DNA of 64,000 bases, from positions 2,952 through 66,951 of the forward strand of contig JAUCBJ010005698.1 in assembly GCA_032718475.1 (NCBI GenBank), read 5' to 3'. Shown here in pieces: positions 49,074 to 60,083 of this stretch; position 1 is the stretch's first letter, and each line of letters starts with the position of its first letter. Source of the stretch: Nemertoderma westbladi (taxonomy: Eukaryota > Animalia > Xenacoelomorpha). Below the pieces are notes generated by a model, which searched no databases, was not told the DNA's origin, and saw only the letters and a program-made list of their open reading frames with translations. The position numbers and the translations under genes were made by a program.

Positions 49074-50312
49074 TGTTCGCGCTTTCAGACCTTTGGCAGT
49101 TTAACCCACCAAATTAAGATGTCTTCTAGATATTAAATCAGTTTTTAGTCTATGACACGTATTTGATTCACTACACTAGTCGAAACCAATCCGTGCGCGA
49201 CCATTCACCCGCTGGATATTCCCGGGAGATTGGGTTCGACGGTTTAATTTTGTTGCTATGTAAGCCTAATGTATTATTCGACTGACAGTATTATATAATC
49301 TCTGACAATATTATTTACCTTCGGGAATATTAACAGTTCCTTTAGGACGTGGCACTTTATCTACATAAACAGAGTTATGACTTAAACTACTCACAACGAT
49401 ATGGCTTAATTATAATTCACATATATGGCGCATTCTTTAGGAATTGCTTCTTTAACAGACTCACTCATACACAATGCTGCACAATACTGCACACTAATCT
49501 GCCAATCTTCACTGATTTTAGTCACATATAAAAGGAACACAGACTGACTCATGTAGGGTCTATCAAATAACATTAGATTCACTTCAAACCACTTTAACAT
49601 AAGTCACAATCGTTTATCTGTAACCCTTCTCTCTTACCTTCGGTATATCAAGAATATTGGGTTTCGGGGTGATTTATCGTTATTCCAATATAATAATTCA
49701 TCAACCATATTATGAAGAACTGACAGTAAATAGCAGTATAAAACAACAACTGAACACTGATTGTTATGAGTTTGCAATGTTTCAGCAGTCAGGATGTATG
49801 ATCAGTCAGCAGTTGATTCCATGAGTCAGGTAGGTTAAAGGATATATGCCCTTTATAATTAAACCTACTAGTGTAAGACTAAAAACAGTAAAGCACAAAA
49901 TACTTCCAAGCCGTTCTTTCTTTGGCTCAGGACTGAATGTAAACAATGCACATAGGCATTGCGTCATTTCTCGGAAATTTTCTGTACAAGGAGCCACAAA
50001 AACGCTCCAATTGGCTGACTGAACTGAGAGACGCCGTAGAACAAAGGAAATCAACACGTATGAATGTCAGCTGTTAACCGTAGTCATAGTAACTACTGTT
50101 CAAGAGTAGCTATCACCCCTTTGCGTCACGAATTGCCATAGAATCATAAAATATGCCTTTCACAGTACACATACGGAGGAAATAGGTCTTAGATCCTCTA
50201 AAAACACCGATACAGCAATAATACGGTCTCTTACACTTATTAAATCAACTACAGAGTATTTTAATGTAAAAGATAATAAAAATAACGGGGCAATTCAGCA
50301 AAGGCTTTTACA
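49074..50312 (-). repeat. 5' LTR
   Basis: Direct repeat of 38252-39490. Confidence 0.97.
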
Positions 50313-50716
50313 GAGGCTGTGCCCAACCAAATACAAATATTCTTGACAAACAGTAGTCAGTCAGCTCAGCAAGTAGATGTCACAAAATGATAGCTCTGCT
50401 TTAGACTTTATGTTATCATATTTATAATACCAGTAGGAATGAATATGATACACCTATGAAAAAAATTGTATTGTATTCCATTGTATTTGATTCTGTTTAA
50501 ATTTGTTTGAATTTATAAGAAAATTTATTTTGATGTTTTTTTTGGAAATTTACATTAATTATTGTACATTTTTGATGTAAAAATTGTACAATTCGTTGAA
50601 ATGAAAATCCGGTCAAAAATTGAAATCCGGCCAGAGCAGGAGTCGGAGCCGGAACCTGATTTTTTTCTCAAAATCCGACCTCAATTCGGCCTGGCCAGAT
50701 ATCCGACACACCCCTA
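50313..50716. mobile_element. Right half of a hAT MITE (family of 10108-11064), split by the BEL insertion
   Basis: GTTAGTGAGGC|TGTGCCCAACCAAATACAAA matches ~10626-10660; ends GATATCCGACACACCCCTA. Confidence 0.85.
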
Positions 50717-51219
50717 ATCCGCATGCTGCATTGCATTGTGTCATTAAGAATGCTATGTCGGCTTATCGACAAAATATTAATATATAAATATTAACTTAAA
50801 AACCCTTGAATTTAGTATAAATTGTGATTTTTAATTTGAATTAGGCCTAAGTAGAACTTAAGTAAAACATGAGTTGAATTACAGAATTAAGTTACATGCA
50901 ATTAGCTATCAGCTGACGGCAAACAGCTGGTCGGCAGGTTTTATTCGCATCGGGAGGCATTCGGAAGAGAACAGAGAACAAGCCTGAAAACGGGAGAAGG
51001 AAGGAAAGGGTGCAGTCTCGGTGGGAGGGACATTTGAAAATTATAAATAGAGTTTGGTGTCATCGGTGGGCCAATATTAACGTAAACGTGGAACAAGCTC
51101 GTTGATAAATAATTCAATCTGTCAATACTGCAATAGGGCCTAATTTACATCATAAATTATAAATGAGCTCTGAACAGAACATCAGAACCAGATAAATAGG
51201 ATAACTCCCGAAAACTTAC

Positions 51220-51430
51220 CTGTGGTAACAATATACTGTTTGTCAGGACTTACTCCCACTGTATCACAAACTATCGGCATACCGAAATCCTGGAGAAGTT
51301 GAATACTTCGTCGCATTTCTGGATGCTGTCGCTTGAGTTTTTGGGCTTTCTTTGAACCCAGCCATTCGGGTATGGATCGCCCCTTCGAGAGGTTGTAGAT
51401 CTTAACGTCATTTGGGGCAGAAACTTCCAT
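51220..51430 (-). CDS. NOL10: NOL10 exon 1
   Basis: MEVSAPNDVKIYNLSKGRSIPEWL...IQLLQDFGMP...SPDKQYIVTTG; donor G|GTAAG at 51220. Spliced CDS is 2010 nt, 669 aa. Confidence 0.93.
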
Positions 51431-52132
51431 TGCCAAGTTTCAAATTAATTAAACTAGTTAACTTTGCAATTCGAATCCAGCCATACCGGTACCGGTAACT
51501 ACTGTCTGACTGTAGCAGTGTGTAGGCCTACTTTAACCTTAACAAGTTAAGCACAATAAAAAAAATACCGGGCCGGTAATCAGAAAATGGAACAGTGCCA
51601 ACCAACCCTGCCTGACTGCCAGAATAGAGTCTCATTATCAGATTACTGGATATTTCTGGATTATTACTGGATATTTACTACCATGTTGCCATGTGATTCC
51701 CGTTCGTATATAATCTGATAACAGGGTCCAGCTGATTATTCTCATAAATAAAACTAACCTTTTCTATTGAGTGAGTGACTCTCAGTTATCGTTTTGGGTC
51801 TACAATGGCAGAATGGTGAATGGAGTCAATAATGCTGTCAAGGTTTCAGATAATTATTGATACCGTTTGCACCGAAACTTTAATCAAAACTTAAACATGA
51901 AATATTGTAATTGTATGTTCTGCAAAGTGAGTGATACCAGTACCTAATTTTTTTGGAATTGGGAGGGGAAATTGAACTTGTTTATTAGCGGATCCAAAGG
52001 TTGAATATTTAAATGTAAATAGTTAGGGCTTATGAGACAGTTACCTTATGTATATGGTACAATACCTCCTGTATCACCCACTCTCCGTGTGATAAGCAGA
52101 TTACAATTCAGTGGGCACTGCCGGAGAAAACG

Positions 52133-52370
52133 AGACAGGGGGGGGGGGGGGGACTGGACGCAAATCCCGCCATGGCGAATTAATATCCCGCCTCAATGTT
52201 AAATTCTCAATTTAGGGTAAGGAGTGGAACGATATTTTAAACAAAACAATAAACTAAACACAATAGAACAGGTTACAGTTTTATTTTTGCTCGTAAACAG
52301 CTGTTATTTGCGGCCAATTTCCCCTGGAGAGGGATGAATTTTTATTGCGTCCAGTCCCCCCCCCCCTTTC
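52133..52370. mobile_element. ~240-bp MITE with TIR (G)nACTGGACGCAA
   Basis: (G)nACTGGACGCAA...TTGCGTCCAGT(C)n. Confidence 0.75.
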
Positions 52371-52794
52371 TGGAGTAAACATAAGATATCAACTTTTCTG
52401 GCAGCCATCCCATCGCAAGGTTAGCGTTGCGTTAGCTGTGGACGACCGGGTATGACATATGTTTGATCGATCTAGTAGTAGTAATAGTTGTTGTAGTACA
52501 TAGTATTCCAGATATCTGAGAACTTGATGTTTTGCCAAAGAATCAACCTCGGTTTGGGCACTTTTAGTGAGATTAATCCAAATAAAGCTAATTGTAGGGT
52601 AATAATAATTTCATCAATGATTGTAGTCTATAGGGTGCTGGGTGGGTAGAATAAAGCAATAAAACAGGTGGTAGAATTATATATAAATTTAAATTTTAGA
52701 ATTGTGTATGTGTATACTGCCCTGTATATTGGCAGTAACTGCAAATTTGAGGAATTAATATATTATACTATATATATCTATATCTATACTATAT

Positions 52795-53192
52795 GTAAGG
52801 ACTCACTTAGAGTCAACCAATCACACGTAAGGGCGCGCTCACTTAGAGTCAACCAATCACACATATGGACGCGCTCACTTTGGGTCAAACAATCACACGT
52901 AAGCACTCACTTCGAGTCAACCAATCACACGTAAGGGCGCGCTCACTTTGGGTCAACCAATCACACGTAAGGATGCAGTCACTTAGAGTCAACCAATCAC
53001 ACGTAAGGGCGCGCTCACTTTGGGTCAAACAATCACACGTAAGGACTCACTTAGAGTCAACCAATCACACATAAGGACGCGCTCACTTTGGATCAAACAA
53101 TCACACGTAAGGACGCGCTCACTTAGAGTCAACCAATCACACGTAAGGATTCACTTAGAGTCAACCAATCACACGTAAGGGCACGCTCACTT
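52795..53192. repeat. 36/32-bp CCAAT-containing satellite, left block
   Basis: CACTTAGAGTCAACCAATCACACGTAAGGGCGCGCT units. Confidence 0.95.
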
Positions 53193-56100
53193 GTCATTCG
53201 ACATTCGACAACGACTTGGTAGAATGTCATGATGATAAAGTAAAACAAGACAACTCCTCCAGCAAAACCAGTTGTGAAATTAGAAACTCTGCGGTTCAGT
53301 ATTCAACACTAAGCCCAAACCGACATGAACACACACATATCAACAAACCAAAATCATCATCAAAAGGGGAATTTGAGAATGGTCTGTGGAATAATAAGGC
53401 GAAGTGCAAGAACAATGTCCCATCTATTCATAAGGTGAATCAGTATTGCAATCAAAATGATAACTGGAGAAACCATCCCAAAAGTCAAGCTGCTGCAGTT
53501 CGGCGTAATCAATAATCATAGCACACCGCACTATTACTCTAGCAGAGAAAATCTATCAGTTGGAACACACACAAAATCGTCTAATGGAACACAAAGCAGA
53601 CATAAATACTATACGGAAATGGGAAATATTGGAAGTGAAGTGGGTAACTCCATATTATATTTAACAGGCATGAACATCTCCTGCTCCAAGGAACAGATAG
53701 TCGACTACTGCTCATCAGTGGATATAAAGAGTAATCGAATCTCAACCAGGATTTATAATGGGCAAAAGAACATGAGATCAGAGACAGGAAGACTAAATGC
53801 AGCAAAGCTAACCTCTACTAATTTCTGGCCGTCTGGTTTTGTATGCATTGACTGGCAGTTTAGACACTATGCATATCAGAGCAGCAGAGGGAAGACCTAC
53901 AACGCACTGATCTACCACAACCCTTTCACAATCAGCAAGGACAGCATGCACCGGTATCCAGGCCAATGGAAAGAATGCAACGAGAGTTCAATAACTATAC
54001 AAGAAGAGATACAATTGGAGGAGGGCGAATTGAAACCCATAACTATCAATAACTCAAAATCATCACTAAATGGCAATGGACTGAAAACTGGAATGTCTGG
54101 ATCACTCTCCTGTGCAACACTGAACATAGGTGGTCTTGCATCTAACTGGAAGTATCTGGAAGAGTTCAGGATCATGCAGTAGTAGCTGTACAGGAACACT
54201 GGTGTGATCACTTCGAGATAGATAGATATAGATAGATAGATTTATTTATACATTATGTAAAAACAATAACAAATACACCAAACAATGTACCGGTATAAAG
54301 GTATTGTCCAACATAACATATAGGATTACCCCTAAAGCTTTGCAGCTTATTTCCAAGGGGGTCCTTTATGTTACTTGGTTACAAATACAATATTACACTA
54401 CGCTAACCTAAAACCAATATAAAACGTAATTACACTATGTACATGTACAACTTTACCGAGAGCGTGACAATGCCCGACTCAACGATAAAGATGTAATGTA
54501 CAGAACAATTTATTATAAAACGTAATTACAGTATAAATAGTAAATAATTAATAAACTAATAACTTACTGTAGGACTATTGTACCTATTTTTACATTGCAC
54601 ACGGAGATGAGATTTAACTGCAGATTTAAAAGAATGTTGATTATTTAGGTTTTTAATTTCATTAGGCAGAGCGTTCCAATTTTTTATGCCGTTAAAAAAG
54701 AAAGTATCAGATTCAAAGGATTTACAATTCGGGAGGTAGAAGTTTGAAGCACTAGCTCTGGTACTGTAAGAGTGTGTATCGCGTACTCTGTTGAATTTTT
54801 GTTTTAGGTAATTGGGACATTTACCATTATACACTTTATGCACATGGTTAAGGCGTAGCTGCTTAACTCTACTATCTAAGTTAAGTAGTCCAGATTCAGA
54901 AAAGTCATCTGGAGTTAGGTGGTGCCTAGGTTTGTAGTCTTTAATAAATCGTACTACTTTATTCTGAGCTACTTGTAATTTACATTTAAGCTGTTTGGTT
55001 AAGCCTTCATACCAAGAAGAGCACGCATAGTCCATGTGACACTGTATTAAAGAAGAGCAAAGTAACTTGCGGGAGTCGGTGTTTAAACTATTTTTATTTC
55101 TGTATAGAAACCTAAGCCTACTGTTAACTTTCGAGAAAATATTTTTCACTGTACTTTCTCCTGATAAGCAGTTATCCAATGTGGCGCCTAAATATTTAAC
55201 TTCCTTTTTATTTTCAATCTTATGTCCATTACTAGTGACTTCAAACTTAGTTACCTTCTTTAACTTTATTTTGGAACCAAACAAAATACTTTCAGTTTTA
55301 CCGTAGTGAATGGATAGCTTATTATCAACCAACCACTCATTACAGGATTCTAGAACTGCACTTAACTTTTGGGAAATAAATCAAGATAAATAAGATGACT
55401 GAAACATTTCAAAAATGGCTCCCAAACCACCATAGAGCGATCTATTCCATTTCAGATAGAATGCAGTCCTCAACATGCAAAAGAGGGATTGGGGGGACCG
55501 CCTTAATACTAGATACAAGTCAACTCACTGACATTTCTCCGGTTCGTTCTGGATGTGATATTGTGGGAGCCCTTGCTAGCTTCAAAAATAGAAGATTACT
55601 GATACTTAGTGTATATGCTCCAGACTCCAATAAGGCTAAGAGTGATTACTTAGACTTCATCGGTCGCTTAGAAGGAGTTATTGGACCTTATGGGACATAC
55701 GATAAACTGATTCTGGGAGATTATAACGCAGTGACGAAATTCCTACGCATCTTCAAGATGCACTACGTTCAAATTTTACGAAACAATTAAACAAGCTCCC
55801 GGAACAAGACTTTTCAGATATAATCTTAGAACTGGATGAGAAATGTGGAAATTCCGCTGCACCACACATCACAGCTAGCTGTATCCGATGTGCGATCCAT
55901 AACCTCAACTTGAATAAATCACCAGATCTGAACTCAATGGTTGCTGAGCATCTCTTAGCCCTAGATCCATGTTACATTGTTGCAATTCTGCAGACGATCT
56001 TCAATACAGCCTTGCGAATTGGTCATTGTCCCGAGTCCTTTGGTGAGACCGTTGTTTTCTGTATTTATAAAGGGAAAGGCAAAGACCGTTCATCTCCAAG

Positions 56101-56200
56101 TTCATATAGACCAATTTCCTCCGTGAATCTCCTATCTAAAATTTTCTAAGCAATATGTCTCAAGGATTTTATCTGCAATATTCTGCCACACGATTCATCA
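53193..56200 (+). mobile_element. Degenerate LINE (ORF1-like remnant, AP endonuclease, start of RT) lying within the satellite
   Basis: CATLNIGGL...QEHW, RGIGGTAL, LSVYAP, LGDYNA, NKSPD...AEHL, SYRPIS..LSKIF; stops and deletions. Confidence 0.8.
54225..55380 (-). mobile_element. 5'-truncated CR1/L2-group LINE nested antisense in the endonuclease of the outer LINE
   Basis: DNKLSIHYGKTESILFGS, VKYLGATLD, DYACSSW, WNALP...FKSAVK; 3' AATAAA followed by a (TATC)n tail. Confidence 0.88.
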
Positions 56201-56202
56201 AT

Positions 56203-59200
56203 GAGTCAACCAATCACACGTAAGGATGCAGTCACTAAGAGTCAACCAATCACACATAAGGACGCGCTCACTTTGGGTCAAACAATCACACGTAAGGATT
56301 CACTTAAGAGTCAACCAATCACACGTAAGGGCGTAAGGGCGCGCTCACTTAGAGTCAACCAATCACACGTAAGGATGCAGTCACTTAGAGTCAACCAATC
56401 ACACATTAGGACGCGCTCACTTAGAGTCAACCAATCACACGTAAGGGCGCGCTCACTTTGGGTCAAACAATCACACGTAAGGACTCACTTAGAGTCAACC
56501 AATCACACGTAAGGGCGCGCTCACTTAGAGTCAACCAATCACACGTAAGGGCGCGCTCACTTAGAGTCAACCAATCACACGTAAGGGCGTAAGGGCGCGC
56601 TCACTTAGAGTCAACCAATCACACGTAAGGATGCAGTCACTTAGAGTCAACCAATCACACATAAGAACGCGTTCACTTTGGGTCAAACAATCACACGTAA
56701 GGGCGCGCTCACTTAGAGTCAACCAATCACACGTAAGGGCGCGCTCACTTTGGGTCAAACAATCACACGTAAGGACTCACTTAGAGTCAACCAATCACAC
56801 GTAAGGGCGCGCTCACTTAGAGTCAACCAATCACACGTAAGGGCGCGCTCACTTTGGGTCAAACAATCACACGTAAGGACTCACTTAGAGTCAACCAATC
56901 ACACGTAAGGGCGCGCTCACTTAGAGTCAACCAATCACACGTAAGGGCACGCTCACTTAGAGTCAACCAATCACACGTAAGGACTCACTTAGAATCAACC
57001 AATCACACGTAAGGGCGCGCCCACTTAGAGTCAACCAATCACACGTAAGGGCACGCTCACTTAGAGTCAACCAATCACACGTAAGGGCGCGCTCACTTTG
57101 GGTCAAACAATCACACGTAAGGACTCACTTAGAGTCAACCAATCACACGTAAGGGCGCGCTCACTTAGAGTCAACCAATCACACGTAAGGGCGCGCTCAC
57201 TTTGGGTCAAACAATCACACGTAAGGACTCACTTAGAGTCAACCAATCACACGTAAGGGCGGGCTCACTTAGAGTCAACCAATCACACGTAAGGGCGCGC
57301 TCACTTAGAGTCAACCAATCACACATATGGACGCGCTCACTTTGGGTCAAACAATCACACGTAAGGACTCACTTAGAGTCAACCAATCACACGTAAGGGC
57401 GCGCTCACTTAGAGTCAACCAATCACACGTAAGGATGCAGTCACTTAGAGTCAACCAATCACACATAAGGACGCGCTCACTTTGGGTCAAACAATCACAC
57501 GTAAGGACTCACTTAGAGTCAACCAATCACACGTAAGGGCGCGCTCACTTAGAGTCAACCAATCACACGTAAGGGCGCGCTCACTTAGAGTCAACCAATC
57601 ACACGTTAGGATGCAGTCACTTAGAGTCAACCAATCACACATAAGGACGCGCTCACTTTGGGTCAAACAATCACACGTAAGGATTCACTTAGAGTCAACC
57701 AATCACACGTAAGGGCGCGCTCACTTTGGGTTAAACAATCACACGTAAGGACTCACTTAGAGTCAACCAATCACACGTAAGGGCGCGCTCACTTAGAGTC
57801 AACCAATCACACGTAAGGATGCAGTCACTTAGAGTCAACCAATCACACGTAAGGGCGCGCTCACTTTGGGTCAAACAATCACACGTAAGGACTCACTTAG
57901 AGTCAACCAATCACACGTAAGGGCGCGCTCACTTAGAGTCAACCAATCACACGTAAGGATGCAGTCACTTAGAGTCAACCAATCACACATAAGGACGCGC
58001 TCACTTTGGGTCAAACAATCACACGTAAGGGCGCGCTCACTTAGAGTCAACCAATCACACGTAAGGGCGCGCTCACTTAGAGTCAACCAATCACACGTAA
58101 GGGCGCGCTCACTTAGAGTCAACCAATCACACGCAAGGGCTCGCTCACTTAGAGTCAACCAATCACACGCAAGGGCTCGCTCACTTAGAGTCAACCAATC
58201 ACACGCAAGGGCTCGCTCACTTAGAGTCAACCAATCACACGCAAGGGCTCGCTCACTTAGAGTCAACCAATCACACGCAAGGGCTCGCTCACTTAGAGTC
58301 AACCAATCACCCGTAAGGATGCAGTCACTTAGAGTCAACCAACCACACATAAGGACGCGCTCACTTTGGGTCAAACAATCACACGTACGGACTCACTTAG
58401 AGTCAACCAATCACACGTAAGGGCGCGCTCACTTAGAGTCAACCAATCACACGTAAGGGCGCGCTCACTTAGAGTCAACCAATCACACGTAAGGACTCAC
58501 TTAGAGTCAACCAATCACACGTAAGGACTCACTTAGAGTCAACCAATCACACGTAAGGACTCACTTAGAGTCAACCAATCACACGTAAGGACTCACTTAG
58601 AGTCAACCAATCACACGTAAGGGCGCGCTCACTTTGGGTCAAACAATCACACGTAAGGACTCACTTAGAGTCAACCAATCACACGTAAGGGCGCGCTCAC
58701 TTAGAGTCAACCAATCACACGTAAGGATGCAGTCACTTAGAGTCAACCAATCACACATAAGGACGCGCTCACTTTGGGTCAAACAATCACACGTAAGGGC
58801 GCGCTCACTTAGAGTCAACCAATCACACGTAAGGGCGCGCTCACTTAGAGTCAACCAACCACACGTAAGGGCGTGCTCACTTAGAGTCAACCAATCACAC
58901 GCAAGGGCTCGCTCACTTAGAGTCAACCAATCACACGCAAGGGCTCGCTCACTTAGAGTCAACCAATCACACGCAAGGGCTCGCTCACTTAGAGTCAACC
59001 AATCACACGCAAGGGCTCGCTCACTTAGAGTCAACCAATCACACGCAAGGGCTCGCTCACTTAGAGTCAACCAATCACACGTAAGGACTCACTTAGAGTC
59101 AACCAATCACACGTAAGGACTCACTTAGAGTCAACCAATCACACGTAAGGGCGCGCTCACTTTGGGTCAAACAATCACACGTAAGGACTCACTTAGAGTC

Positions 59201-59250
59201 AACCAATCACACGTAAGGGCGCGCTCACTTAGAGTCAACCAATCACACAT
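56203..59250. repeat. 36/32-bp CCAAT-containing satellite, right block (~85 copies)
   Basis: Same units as 52795-53192, with higher-order variant blocks. Confidence 0.97.
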
Positions 59251-60083
59251 AAAGGACTCGGTCACTAAGTCTGTAGTGGTGGTCAAATTAAATATTCAAA
59301 TACATTTATGAAGTAAGTATCTTTTCAGATCAATTAATTTATTAATGGTTATTTTTTCCTTTCGATCTATTATTGAAACATGCAATTACAAGAAAGGTCA
59401 AAGGTCACCAAATGCGACTAAATGACACTTTGTAAAAACTCACCCATAATTACTGCAAGTAATAATGGCCACGAAACAAAAGGTAGAAAAACTAATAACG
59501 GGGAACATTTAATTAATTAATTAACACTTAGATTTAATTAAAGACGATTACTATGAAATTCCAATTAATGAAAAAGTTTAATAATTATTTGCTGTAACTT
59601 TATGACATAATCGTAACGAAGTTGGTTTACATCAGCCCTGACCCTGAAGGTGCAAAATTGTTTACGTTCTAAATTTTGAGAATTAAGTTAATCGGTAAAC
59701 AAGAATAAATAAATCAATTTAGTATATCAAATTCATATTTACGAGCAAAATCCAAAGAAAAATAAATATAATCGTCAAAATAACATCGGCCAATAAAAAC
59801 ATAAACATTGTAGCGAACTAAATCAATAAGCTAAGTTGTTAGTTAAAAGTGAAAGTAATTAAAGTAAATCCTTGATTATATTTAATTAATAAATAGCACC
59901 AATAAACAAAATATATTTTAATTTAAAGTAAACATGTAAAACAAGCAACTAATCACTATAAATATTATATTCGAACAACTAAATCAACAAAGTGAATTCA
60001 TTAACATAAGTATATTAAAGCACAGCTTTATTAGCGAAAATTAATTAACTTGATGGCGCCCGGTGGTTTCTAGAACGTTTTTA

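Larger units (their letters stand above)
38252..50312 (-). mobile_element. BEL/Pao LTR retrotransposon, non-autonomous internally deleted derivative, recent insertion
   Basis: TG...CA LTRs of 1239 bp; 5-bp TSD GAGGC (38247-38251 and 50313-50317); BEL-type Gag with triple zinc knuckle and protease; purine-rich GGGAGCGG before the 3' LTR. Confidence 0.95.

Noticed and set aside
56201-59116. RVNQSH-repeat ORFs and a CRISPR-like look
   Set aside because: Translations of the satellite; no spacers.
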